From Squalus acanthias (lineage: Eukaryota), in contig CM059432.1 of assembly GCA_030390025.1 (NCBI GenBank), positions 56,484,001 to 56,548,000 of the forward strand: 64,000 nt of DNA, in the 5' to 3' direction. The notes beneath the pieces were generated by a model. The model was not told the DNA's origin and made no database searches. It worked only from the letters and a program-made list of their open reading frames with translations. Numbering within the stretch: position 1 is the first letter of the stretch; each line of letters starts with the position of its first letter. Shown piece by piece: positions 35,701-48,464 of the stretch. The position numbers and the translations under genes were made by a program.

Positions 35701-37231
35701 CCCTCTACACCTCCCTCCCCCAGCAGGACGGCCCGAGAGTACTCTGCTTCTTCCTTGAACAGAGGCCCAACCAGTCCCCATCCACCACCACAATCTCCTC
35801 TGCCTGGCTGAACTTGTTCTCACATTGAACAACTACTCCTTTGACTCCACTCATTTCCTCCAAATTAAAGGTGTTGCTGTGGGAGCCCGCATGGGTCCTA
35901 GCTATGCCTGTCTTTTCGTGGGATATGTCCACTCCTACTCGGGTCCCCTCCCTCACCTCTTTTTTCCGGTACATTGATGACTGTATCTATGCTGTTTCCT
36001 GCTCTCGCCCTGAACTAGAAAATTTCATTCATTTTGCTTCCAATTTCCACACTTCCCTCACCTTCACATGGTTCATCTCCAACTCTTCCCTTCCCTTCCT
36101 TGACTTCTCTGTCTCCATTTCTGGGGATAGGCTATCGACAAACATCCACTATAATCCGACTGACTCCCACAGCTACCTGGACTACACTTCCTCCCATCCC
36201 GCTTCCTGAAAGGACTCTATTCCATTCTCCCAGTTTCTCCTTCTCTGTCGCATCTGTTCTGACGATGCCACCTTCCATACTCGTGCTTCCGATATGTCTT
36301 CCTTTTTCCTCAACCGAGGATTCCCCTCTACCGTGGTTGACATGGCCCTCCAGCGTGTCTGTTCCATTCCCAGTACTTCTGCTCTCACCCCTTCCCTTCC
36401 CTCCCAAAACCACGATAGGTTTCCCCTTGTCTTCACCTTTCACCCCACCAGCCTCCACATTCAATGGATGATCCACCATTTCCGCCACCTCCAGCGTGAC
36501 CCCGCCACCAAACACAACTTCCCTCCCCATCCCTTTCAGCATTTCGTAGGGACTGCTCCCTCTGCGACACCCTGGTGCACCCCTCAATCACCCATGTCAC
36601 CTTCCTGTGCAAGCACAGGAGATGCAACACCTGTCCTTTTACCTCCTCCCTTCCCACTGCTCAGGGCCCCATACACTCCTCCTTCCAAGTGTAAAAGCGA
36701 TTTACTTGTACTTTAAATTTAGTATACGATGCGGTCTGCTCTACATTGGGGAGACCAAACATAGATTGGGTGACCGCTTTGCGGAACACCTCCGTTCAGT
36801 CTGCAAGTGTGACCCCGAGCTTCCGGTCGCCTGTCATTTTAATTCTCTGCTCCACTCCCACTCTGACCTTGGTCTTCGGCCTCTTACACGTTCCAATGAA
36901 GCTCGAGGAACAGCACTTCATCTTTCGATTAGGCACTTTACAGACTTCTGGATTCAACATCAAGTTCAACAATTTCAGACCTTTGCCCCAATTTTTTCAC
37001 ATGGCAGCTGTTGATGATTCTCCCATTTCCATTTGCACCTCTTCCAGACTTATCTTTTGTTTCTTTACTTGTCTCATTCCCATTGCCTTTTGCTTTGTAC
37101 TATCATACCTTTTGTCATTTAGTCTCTCCTGCATTCCACCCTATCACTGACTTCCCTTTTTGTTTTCCTCCCCTCTCCCCTTTCCCTGCCTCTGCACTTG
37201 TTTAAAATCTATTACATCTCTAACTTTTTCC

Positions 37232-37268
37232 AGTTCTGACGAAAGGTCATCGACCTGAAACATCAACT
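37232..37268 (+). ncRNA. Minimal type I hammerhead ribozyme motif at PLE 3' end
   Basis: Reads AGTT-CTGACGA-a-AGGTC(atc)GACCT-GAAA-ca-TC-AACT. Stem II is a perfect 5 bp, stem I is AGTT/AACT, and the UH site is present. Confidence 0.7.
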
Positions 37269-38806
37269 CTGTTTCTCTCTCCACAGATGCTGCCTGACCT
37301 GCTGAGTATTTCCAGCATTTTCTGTTTTTATTTCAGATTTCCAGCATCTGCGATATTATGCTTTTGTATTAATGTTCTATTAACTTTATTTTCCCAATAA
37401 TAATCCTGAATTCATGTCCTTTTAGTCCTGGTTCACGATCAAGTAGAAACAATTATTCACTATTTAGCCTCTGAAAACCTTTCACAACTTTGTAAATTTC
37501 CATTTGAGCTCTGTTCCAGTGGAAAAAGACCCATTTTTTGAACCTTTCTTAACTGTACCCCCACTTTCCTGTTACCATTTTTGTGAATTTGGGTTCTACC
37601 CATTCCATGGTTCAAATATCCTTCCCATAATAGGATACTGAGATCTGCATGCAATACTCCTAACTGCTGCCTAACCAATTCAAATTCAACACCGCTCTCT
37701 TACTTTTGCAATGTCTATGCCTTTTTATGACCTGTTTTACTTGTACCCACCACCTTTTGGAGATCTTTTGTATACATACTTCTTGGTGTCTCTGTTCCGT
37801 TTACTCTGCTAAGAATCTTGCTGTTTAGGGTATACTTCCTTTCACAGTTCTTTTCCTAAAATGTGCTGCTTAACATTTTTCCTCCGTGAACTACATTTTC
37901 CCTCTCTGCTAACCTATTTTTTTCCTGAAATTTTCTTCAGTTTGCTATGCTCCCCAGTTTGGTGTCAGCAAATGTTGGGTGGTTATATCCAAAAGAAATA
38001 CATAATTAGAGAACAGGAGGGATTGCTGGATATTGGTCAGGATCTCCAGCCGATTTTCTTCTCCATAAAGTTGGAGTGAGAAGGCTAATTCTAGTGCCTG
38101 CCTGAAAAAGATCAACTAATTCAGTACATGCCAGGGATAACAGGGATCGTTTTGATCTGAATTACTCAGCTGTGTAGTGGATAGACCCTGCTGAGCTATT
38201 GGAGGAGCTTATGTGAAAGTGTTGATGGTGTGAACTGGCAGTAGACATATGAAAACAAATGACGGATGAAAATCTGAAACAGTGATGTCATAGTTAGCAC
38301 AGAGGAAGAGCGGCAGAACCTTAGTTAAGCTAAGTGTTTAATTTACAATACACACTCTAGTTTTTAAGTATAAACCAATCTATGAACTTTAAATAAATAG
38401 TTAATTAAGTAAATAAATATTCAGAATAATTAATTTGAAATTAAACTAAATTCATTTACTAAATATAATTTAGACCAGGTGTTTCAATTAGTTGTAGAAT
38501 TAAATTACAGCTAACAAATCAATAAAAATTAGAAATGGCAGCACAGTCAGTGTGTCAGCACTGCAGTATGTAGGAGTTTGTGGACAGCGAGACTGTCCAC
38601 AGTGACCACATCTGCAGGAAATGTCTCTGCCTTGAGACACTTCAGCTCAGAGTTATTGAGCTGGGGTGTGTTTTAGAGGCACTACGACACATAAGGGAGG
38701 GGTGGATTATCTAGATAGTTTTCTCCAGAGTACAGTCACACCTCAGAGGAAAGCACAGGTGCAGGAAGGGGAGAATGTGACTGTTAGTCAGCAGGGTAGA
38801 GGAACC

Positions 38807-39820
38807 TTTTTTTTTTATTCGTTCATGGGATGTAGGCGTCGCTGGCAAGGCCAGCATTTATTGGCCATCTCTAATTGCCCTTGAGATGGTAGTGGTGAGC
38901 CGCCGCCTTGAACCACTGCAGTCCATATGGTGAAGGTACTCCCACAGTGCTGTTAGGGAGGGAGTTCCAGGATTTTGATTGAGTGACGATGATGGAACGA
39001 CGATATATTTCCAAGTCGGGATGGTGTCTGACTTGGAGGGGAACTTGGAGCTGATGGTGTTCCCATGTGCCTGCTGTCCTCGTCCTTCTAGGTGGTCGAT
39101 GGCGCAGGTTTGGGAGGTGCTGTCGAAGAAGCCTTGGCGAGTTGATGCAGTGCATCTTGTAAACGGTGCACACTGCAGCCACGGTGTGCCAGTGGTGGAG
39201 GGAGTGAATGTTTAAGGTGGTCGATGGGGTGCCAATCAAGCGGGCTGTTTTGTCCTGTATGGTGTCGAGTTTCTTGAGTATTGTTGGAGTTGCACTCATC
39301 CAGGCAAGTGGAGAGTATTCCATCACATTCCTGACTTGTTTCTTGTAGACGATGGAAAGGCTTTGTCAGGAGGTGAGACACTCGCCGCAGAATACCTAGC
39401 CTATGACCTGCTCTTGCAGCCACAGTATTTAGGTGGCTGGTCCAGTTAAGGTTCTGGTCAATAGTAACCCCCAGGATGTTGATGGTGTGGTATTCGGCGA
39501 TGGTAATGCCATTGAATGTCAAGGGGCGATGGTTAGACTCTCTCTTGTTGGAGATAGTCATTGCCTGGCACTTGTGTGGTGTGAATATTATTTGCCACTT
39601 ATCAGCCGAAGCGTTAATGTCGTCCAGGTCTTGTTACATGCAGGCATGGACTGCTTCATTTTCTGACGAATTGCGATTGGAACTGAACACTCTGCAATCA
39701 TCAGCGAACATCCCCATTTCCGACCTTCTGATGGAGGGAAGGTCATTGATGAAGCAGCTGAAGATGGTTGGGCCTAGGACACTGCCCTGAAGAACTCCTG
39801 CAGCGATGTCCTGGGGCTGA
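38807..39820 (-). mobile_element. 3' fragment of the second LINE family (CR1/L2 group)
   Basis: QGSVLGPTIFSCFINDLP..MFADDC and MEYSPLAWMSA...QDKTARLIG, with a poly-T (antisense A tail) at 38807. Confidence 0.88.
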
Positions 39821-41115
39821 GGGGAGGGAGAGAAGGAGGTCCTGCAGACACTGGTCCTATCCAACAGGTACGATGTACTTGATACCTGTGAGGATAAGGA
39901 GAAAGGCTGCGGGAAAGATTGCCACAGTTTGGACCAAGGCACCGTGGTGCAGAAGGCAGTCCAAAGGCGGGGATACGCAGCATGGAAATGTGGTAGTTAT
40001 AGGGGATTCAATAATTAGGTGGATAGATCGTATCCTCCACAGTCATGAACAAGAGTTGTGAAGGAACATAGGAACAGGAGTAGGCCATTCAGCTCCTCGG
40101 GCCTATTCAGCCATTCCTTGAGATCATGGCTGATCTGTGACCTAACTCCATATACCTGCCTTTGGCCCATATCCGTTAATATCTTTGGTTAACAAAAAGC
40201 TATCAATCTCAGATTTAAAATTAACAGTTGATCGAGCATCAATTGCCGTTTGCAGAAGAGAGTTCCAAACTTCTACCACCCTTTGTGTGTAGAAGTGTTT
40301 CCTAATTGCACTCCTGAAAGGTCTGGCTCTAATTTTTAGACTGTGCCCCCTCGTCCTGGAATCCCCAACCAGCGGAAATAGTTTCTCTCTACCCTATCTG
40401 TTTCCCTTAATATCTTGAAAACTTCGATCAGCTCACCCCTTAACCTTCTAAATTCTAGGGAATACTACCCTAATTTGTAATCTCGCCTCGTGACTATACC
40501 CTTGAAGTCCGGGCATCATTCTGGTAAACCGACACTGCACTCCCTCCAAGGCCAGTATATCCTTCCTAAGGTGTGGTGCCCAGAACTGCTCACAGTACTT
40601 CAGGTGTGGTCTAACCAGGGTTTTGTATAGCTGCAGCATAACTTCTATCCCCTTATATTCTCGTCCTCTAGATATAAAGGCCAACATTCCATTAGCCTTT
40701 TTGATTATTTTCTGTACCTGTTCATGACATTTTAATGATCTATGTACTTGGACCCCCAAGTCTCTTTGGATCTCCACTGTTTTTAACTTTTCACCATTTA
40801 GAAAGAACCCTACTCTATCCTTTTTAGGTCCAAAGTGGATGACCTCGCATTTACTTACATTGAAATCCATTTGCCACAGTTTTGCCCATTCACTTAATCT
40901 ATCAATATCCCTCTGTAAATTTATGCTTTCATCTACACTGCCCACAATGCCGCCTATCTTTGTGTCATCGGCAAATTTGGATATATGACTTTCTATGCCA
41001 TCATCTAAGTCGTTAATAAATACAGTGAATAGTTGAGGCCCCAACACAGATCCCTGTGGGACACCACTAGTCACATCCTGCCAATTTGAGTACCTATCTG
41101 TTATCCCTACTCTCT

Positions 41116-41993
41116 GGTGGCGATTTTGCCGGCGCTCAGGGGTCGGTTTGGAGGCGGGACTGCTGGCAAAATCAAAAAGATTGGCAGCGGGTCCCGAACC
41201 TGCTTCCAACCTGCCTCCAATCAATCTTCCCGGGAGTCGGGTCCCCGATCTGTGCAGGGACCCGACTCCTAGCAGCGGAAAGAGGATTATAGCCACTTAA
41301 CTGCTTGTTAACAGGTAGTTAACAGGCAGTTAAGAGGCTTTTTCCAATTTTGACACTTCTACTGTGGGCTTCCCGACGTTGGGAAACCCCGCCAGGGTAA
41401 GTGTGACGTGCTGTTGGTCTACTGTAATGTTTGTGTATCGATGACAGCTGCAGAAGTGGTGTGAAGGATCCAATGGGACATTGGTGAGTTGCAGAGGTAA
41501 GAAAATGTTGGAAAGTCATTTTTAATGTGTTTAGAATTTTCTGTACGTGACAAGCTTTGAAGTGTTTGTGTAGTCCTACCTCATTGGGAGAACCTCTCTC
41601 ACCAGTGACAGATCGCTTCTGTAACCTCACCTGCAGCTGCCATCTCTTTTAGCCGAAGGAGAGAGTCACTGGAGAGCCTGGATGCAAGGGCTCACCTTTG
41701 TACAGTGATTGTCAGTGTTTGCAGCACCTCAATGCTGTCAAACACGGAAAAAATCATCTGTCAAAAAGAAATGGTGGTGGCCCCTTTTAAGAAAACCGGC
41801 AGATGACACGTCATCAACTGACGTCATCTGACACCGGCTTTCTCTTAATTGGCCGGCAAACCCGCAGGGCGGGCTTAACAAGGCCAATTGATGCAAAATA
41901 GCGTGTCTGCGTCGGACGTCGCTGGGGGCGGGACTAGAACCCGAAAGGCAGCAATCCCGCCCCCAACGTGCCTCTTCAGGTAAGATCGCGGCC
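41116..41993. mobile_element. Harbinger-like MITE inserted in CR1 copy D
   Basis: TIRs ggtggcgattttgcc / (rc) ggccgcgatcttacc with TSD TCT. Excision restores the CR1 reading SSRRQR-VGI. Homologous, in inverted orientation, to 52058-52857. Confidence 0.85.
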
Positions 41994-43775
41994 TCTGTCT
42001 CCTGCTGCTCAGCCAATTTCCTAACCAGGTCAATAATTTGCCCTCAATCCCCTGGGCTTCTACTTTAGTTAACAGTCTCTTATGTGGGACTTTATCAACT
42101 GCCTTCTGGAAGTCCATATAAATAACATCCATAGACATTCCCCTGTCCACTACTTCAGTCACCTCTTCAAAACATTCAATCAGGTTTGTCAGGCATGACC
42201 TACCTTTCACAAATCCATGCTGGCTTTTTCTGATCAACTGAAAATGTTCGAGGTGTTGAGTCACCCTATCCTTAATTATAGACTCTAGCAATTTCCCGAC
42301 AACAGATGTTAGGCTAACTGGTCTATAATTCCTTGGTTTCCCTCTCTCGCCATTTTTAGATAGCAGAGTGACATATGCAATTTTCCAATCTAAAGCAACG
42401 GTTCCTGATTTGAGAACTTTGGAAAATTATAGTTAGGGTATCTGCAATGCGCTCACCTACTTCCTTTAAACCCTGGGGTGGAAACCATCTGGTCCTGGGT
42501 ATTTCTTCATTACTGTTATTTTACTTACGTTAATTTTATTCAGTCCCTGTCCCCAATTAGTTTCCTTGGGATTTCCAGCATGCTGTCCTCTTCTACTGCA
42601 AATACTGACGCAAAGTAATTATTCAACATGTCCGCCATTTCCTTCTGACAATATCAGCATTTTCAGTTTTTAAGGGGCCAACATTGTTCCTGACTGTCCT
42701 CTTTTTCCTAATGTAATTGTAAAAATTCGTTGTATTGATTTTTTGTAGCTCTTACTATCTGTTTTATGTTCTTTACTGTTCTTTGTATCTTTCCCATTCG
42801 GCAGGATTTGTGCTATTTTTTGCATTTTTGTATGCTTTTTGTTTGTTTATGCTGTCCTTTACCTCTTTAGTCATCCATGGCTTTTTTTTTGGCAAGTCGA
42901 GCTCTTGCCCCTCAGGAGCATAAAGTGGTTCTGTATCACAAATTCTTTTTTGGACATTTCCTACTGATCTTCTGTCATTTTACACATTAATAGATTTGCC
43001 CGGTTTACTGTGGACAGTCTCTGCCTTACCCTGTTGAAGTCGGCCTTACCTAAATCTAGAATCTTAGTAGCGCTTTCGCGTTTCTCCCTTTCAAAAGCTA
43101 CGTTGATCTCGATCATGTTATCGCTATTGGATAAATGTTCATGCACAGTTAGGCTGTTAACTAAATCTGGCTCATTACTCATTACTGAAACTAATATGGC
43201 TTACCCTCTTGTTGCCTCCAGGACAAATTGTTGTAGAAAACTATCCCGGACACACACAAGAAATTTGCTACCTTTCTGACAGGTGCTAGTCTGCTTATCC
43301 CAATCTATATGGAAGTTAAAACCCCCCATTAAAACCACTCTGGCTTTGCTACACGCTTGTCTAATCTCTCTGCATTTATACAATCTGGCACTTCACAGCT
43401 GCTACCAGGGGGCCTATACACAACTCCCACTACAGTCTTAAGTCCTTTCCTATTTCTTAATTCTACCCATAAAGTCTTCACTGCCTGCTTACCTCTCTTT
43501 ATATCCTCTCTTATCATTGAAGTGATTTCATCCTTAATCACTAAGGCTACTCCTCCCCCTCTGCCATTTCCCCTATCTTTCCTGTAGACCTTATAACTTG
43601 GTATATTTAGTTCCCACTTCTGACCGTCTTGCAGCTATGTCTCAGTAATGGCTACCATGTCATACCCTCCAATTTGAATTAGTGCCTGCAATTCATTCAG
43701 TTTATTCCTTTATACCCTGTGCGTTTGTATAAACGCTTATTTGGGCCACGCACCCTAGCCTGTTCTTCAGCTCTT

Positions 43776-44569
43776 GGGAGGGGAAAATTCGGTATCGCCC
43801 ATTTTGGGGCGCTAATATCGGCCGGGTGCAAAGTTTAGCACCCGTCGCTAATTATCGCCTCTGACTGCAAAATTCGCCTCTATCTCCCCTGGAGGTGATT
43901 TGAGTGCTAAATCAGGCGCTACACACCTCTCTTAAGGCGCAAACATCAGGGAGCGAGGCACTACCTCAGAACGCTGCCAAAGCTCAGGCGATGCCAATTA
44001 CCATGGAAGCCAGACACACTGGCGCCGTCCAGTTCTTAAAGGGGAGGGGCCATCTTGCTGGCCAGCCACTCCCTGCTCATTGCAGCCTTGAATCTCAGCC
44101 TGGAGAGACCTCAAAAGCAATTGTGTTGGAAGCACTAATGGATAGGCCCAGGGAAAGAGCTCGGCACTTAGGAACCTCAAAAGTGGTGCTGAGGGCCAAA
44201 ACTCCTTAGGACAGCGTTAAAACCAAAAATATTGCCGACAAGAAAAGGCAGGAAGCGCCCGCCTTTAAATAGCGCTCCTCCAGCCTCTTCCCGACTTGAA
44301 AATGTTCCCCTCTACCTGTCGTTCCTAGCGGCAGACGCTAAGGCAGGGGGCGCGACTCAATATCCGGTCCGGGGCACTACCTGGGCGTTACACGCTCGAC
44401 TGATGTCACGATCTGCGGTCGCAGAAGATTGTGGCGGTAGTGTTTAGTGCCGCCGCAAAACAACTGGTCAATTTCACGAGCGGTGCTAAAATCGCCGCGT
44501 TCGGGCACTAAGTTCCTAGTGCCCTGTTAGCGCCCACCGGAGGCGCTAACCAACCGAATTTTTCCCCCC
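43776..44569. mobile_element. Harbinger-like MITE inserted in CR1 copy D
   Basis: TIRs ggggaaaattcggt / accgaatttttcccc around a CpG-rich body with ggcgcta subterminal motifs. TSD is ambiguous. Confidence 0.75.
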
Positions 44570-45958
44570 TAATGTTTTACTCACATGTTTCTTATTTCTC
44601 ACTCCTGGTTTAATCACTTTACATATTTTTTGTTTTCCCTTTACCTGTAGTGCCTAAAGCACATTTTCTGACTGTTACTCTACTCTCTTCCAATTCGTTT
44701 GTTTTTGAACTACTATTCGTTCTACAATTTCCACCTGAGCACACCCCCCCACCACCATTTACTAGTTTAAAGTCCTTGTGACCGCCCTATTTATCCTTCC
44801 CGCTAGGACCCTGGTCCCAGACCGGTTCAGTTGGAGCTCGTCCCAATGGTACAGTTCCTTCCTCTCCCAATACAGGTGCCAGTGCCCCATGAAATGGAAC
44901 CCCTCTTTACCATACCACTCCTTTACTTCCCTAATCAGCTTATCCCTACGCCAATTTGCATGTGGCTCAGGTAATAATCCAGAGATTATAACCCTTGACG
45001 TCTTGTTCTTGAATTTAGCTCCTAGTTCCTGGTACCCCCCAAACAGGACCTCTAGCCTACTCTTCCCTATGTTGTTGGTCGCACCATGGACCACAACGAC
45101 TGGATCCTCCCCCTCCCTCTCCAAAATCCTTTCAAGCCAGTTCGAGGTGTCCATCACCCTGGCACCAGGTAGGCATCATACCATGTGGGACTCTCGATCT
45201 TATTTACAAAGGATGCTGCCTGTCCCCCTAATTATAAAATCTCTTACAACTACCACATTACGCTTCCTCTCCTCCTTCTCCCCCCTTTGGACAGCCTCCT
45301 GCTCCAAAGTGCCATGGTCCGCATTCTGGCTGTCCTTCCGACAGTCTTTATCCTAATCCTCACAGGTAGCAAGTACAGGTACATTGTACGTGTTGGATAA
45401 GCTCAGTTTCTGTGGATCCTCGTTCCCTTTCTTACCTGGGTTCCCCTTACTCTGCACGCTATCAGTCACACCAACCCCATTCTGATCCTGCATCTCTCTG
45501 AGATGTGACCGAAGTCTGGAGCAAACTGTCCAGATACTCCTCACTTATGTGTCGGAGTGTCTCCGACTCACACTCCAGCTCAATGATTCTGAGCCAGAGG
45601 GATTTGAGACCGAGACCTCTACTGCAGATGTGTTCACTCGGGACAGTCTCGTTGTCCACAAACTCCCACATACTGCAGTCCAGACACACAACCTGCTCTG
45701 CCATCTCTTAGTCTAACCTTATTTTATTTATTTAATTAGTTAAAGTCTTTATTCAATGATTATTTTTAGTTATATTAATTAGTTTAACTAGTTAAGCTAT
45801 TAATTTAATAAAGTGCGTTATAGTTTCCCGCTCCTAGTTTAAACCACTGTCCTAGCTGAGAGAGATAAAAATGTTAATACACACCAACCAATCACCTACC
45901 TGCTGTCCTATGATGTCACTCCTTGGTTTTTTGTTGTTTTAAATTCGCCGGATTTGTA

Positions 45959-46235
45959 CTGCATCGGGTGCTGCCGACTCCTCGCAGATCCGTGCTGTCC
46001 TCGCCTCTCGCTGTATTTATCTGCATCGGGTGCTGCCGACTCCTCGCAGATCCGTGCTGTCCTCGCCTCTCGCTGTATTTATCTGCATCGGGTGCTGCTG
46101 ACTTCTCGCAGGTCTGTGCTGTCCTCGCCTCTCGCTGTATTTATCTGCATCGGGTGGTGCCGACTTCTCGCAGGTCCGTGCTGTCCTCGCCTCTCGCTGT
46201 ATTTATCTGCCTCGGGTGCTGCCGACTCCTCGCAG
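45959..46235 (-). repeat. 62-bp tandem array (4.5 copies) at the 5' end of CR1 copy D
   Basis: Units ctgcatcgggtgctgccgactcctcgcagatccgtgctgtcctcgcctctcgctgtatttat start at 45959, 46021, 46083, 46145 and 46207. Confidence 0.95.
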
Positions 46236-48247
46236 CCTTACCTGGTGCCAGGGTAAGGGATATCTCCAGGTGGGTGAAAAGGAACCTAGGAAGGGAGGGT
46301 GAAGAACCAGTTGTTTGGTCCATGTCAGAACAAATGAGATAGGAAAGAACAGGAAGGAGGTCCTGCTGAGGGAATATCGGGAGCTAAATTGTGCAAATTG
46401 ACATAGGGAGAAACAGGTAAGGAAGGTAAACATGTAGCTGAAGGATTGGTGTGGGAAAGAGGGGTTCACTTCCATGGGACACTGGCACCAGTATTGGGAC
46501 AGGAAGGAGCTGTATCGCTGGGATGGGCTGGGACCAAGATCCTTGCTGAAAGGATAAATAGGACTGTAGAAATGACTTTAATTCAATAAGTGGAGGTGGG
46601 GAAAAGGCTCAGTCAGAAATCAATATAAAAGTGAAAATAGCCTAAAGATAAGAAAAAGGGCTGAGAGCGACAGGTGATATTGTAATTGAAAATCAGGAAA
46701 TGGTGGACTTGCTAAATAGTTACTTTTTATCAGTCTTCACAGTAGAGGAAGAAGATAGAATGTCAGTGATACGAGGAAAAGTAAAAATAAATCAAGGAGA
46801 GGAACTTACTAGATTTAATATAGGTAAAAAAAAAAAGGTAATGGAGAAAATAATGAAATCTAAAGATAGACAAATCTCCAGGACTTGATGGTTTCCACCC
46901 CAGGGTATTAAAAGAAGTAGGTGAGGAAATTGTAGATGCTCTAGTCATGATCTTCCAAAACTTTCTTGATTTAGGAATTGTCCTCATGGATTGGAAAATT
47001 GCCAATGTCACTCCACTATTTAAGAAGGGTAAGAGAGATAAACTAGAAAATTATAGGTCTTTTAGTCTAATGTCTGTTGTTCGGAAGTTACTAGAATCTA
47101 TTGTTGGGGTCCGTGACTGAGCACTTGGACAAACATGAACTGATCAGAGAGAGCCAGCATGGACTGGTAAAGGGTAAGTCATGTCTAACGAACAGAGTTG
47201 AATTTTTTGAGGAGGTACCTAACTTAGCACATAGTGTCTATGGGTGTTATTTATATGGAAGACATTCGATAAGTTTCCACACAAGAGACTGTTAACAAAA
47301 ATTAGAGCACATGGAATTGGAGGCAACTTATTGATATGGGTAGGAAATTGGTAAGGAAGTAGGACAAAGAGTGCAGGGATAATGGGTATGTACTCCAGTT
47401 GGCAGGATGTGACTAGTTGTGTCCCTCAGCGATTTGTCGTGGGGCCTCAGCTTTTCACTATATTGACTTAGATAAACGAAGAGAGAGCCATATATCCAAG
47501 TTTGCTGACTGCACCAAGTTAGGTGGCACAGTAAATAGTGTAGATGGGAGCAGAAAGTTGCAAAGGGACATTGGCATATTAAGTGAGTAGGCAAAACTGG
47601 CAGATAGAGTTCAAGGTGGGGGTAGTGTGAGGTCATCCACTTTGGACCTAAAAAAGATAGAGCAGGGTATTTTCTGAATGGCAAGAAGCTAGAAACATTG
47701 GAGAAGCAGAAAGATTTAGGAGTCCAAGTACAGAAATCACTAAAAGCTAGTGCACAGGTACAAAAAATACATCTAAAGGGAGCAGGAATACAAAGGTGAG
47801 GAAGTTATGTTAGTTATATAAAGCTCTGGTTGGACTCCATTTAGAGTACTGCATTCAGTTCTGGGCACCATAGCTCAGGAAGGATATATTGGCCTTGGAG
47901 GGGGTGCAGCGCAGATTAACCAGAATGATACCGGGGCTAAAGGGGTTAAATAAATTTGGAAAGGTGGCATAGATGAGGTTTGTATTCCCTTGAGAATAGA
48001 AGGGGTGATGTAATTGAGTTGTTTAAGATGATTAAAGGAGTTGATAGGGTAGATAGAGAGAAACTATTTCCTCTGGTAGGGGAGTCCAAAACAAGGGGGC
48101 ACAACCTTAAAATTAGCTAGGCTGTTCAGGGGTGATATCAGGAAGCATTTTACACAAAGGGTAGTGAAAATCTGGAAAACTCTCCCCGAAAAAGCTGTTG
48201 AGGCTGGGTCAGTTGAAAATTTCAAGACCATGATTGATAGACTTTTG

Positions 48248-48464
48248 AAATAACAACAGAAAATGCTGGAAACACTCAGCAGGCCAGACAGCATCCGTGG
48301 AGAGAGAAACAGAGTTAACGTTTCATGTCTGTTACCCTTCGTCACAGACCTGAAACGTTAACTCTGTTTTTCTCTCTCCACAGATGCTGCCTGGCCTGCT
48401 GAGTGTTTCCAGCATTTTCTGTTGTTATTTCAGTTTTCCAGCTTCTGCAGTATATTGCTATTGT
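48248..48464. mobile_element. Fold-back Penelope-end short element
   Basis: Perfect 15-bp TSD attgatagacttttg (48233-48247 and 48465-48479). Inverted arms lie at 48248-48332 and 48344-48430. Same 3' terminus ttgctattgt as 7600 and 33318. Confidence 0.88.

Larger units (their letters stand above)
32070..37367 (+). mobile_element. Penelope-like element (RT + GIY-YIG), 5'-truncated, split by a CR1
   Basis: 5' part ARFYLLPKIHN..PGRPIISAC...DV (32140-32443) resumes as SLYTS at ~35700. It then has FRYIDD, LPFLD and YLDYTSSHP, the GIY-YIG LYIGETKHRLGDRFAEH...PVACHFN, and a 3' end with a hammerhead motif. Confidence 0.9.
40063..46235 (-). mobile_element. Near-full-length CR1 (copy D) with 5' tandem array, ORF1 (Zn finger, esterase), ORF2, 3' UTR; degenerate
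   Basis: ORF1 MAEQVVCLDCSMWEF..HICSR (45704); esterase VVVHGATNNI..IISGLLP; endonuclease [19 protein letters not shown] and KFADDTK; tail ggaacataggaac at 40063. Confidence 0.9.

Noticed and set aside
45959..46235. CRISPR-like array
   Set aside because: The units are contiguous 62-bp repeats with no unique spacers, the context is eukaryotic, and there are no cas genes.
45923..46342. 139-aa and 100-aa ORFs
   Set aside because: They are translations of the tandem array fused to a CR1 ORF1 remnant.
48310..48365. Intact hammerhead in the fold-back insert
   Set aside because: The minus-strand arm lacks the first C of CUGANGA and has a broken stem II. The plus-strand arm lacks CUGANGA altogether.
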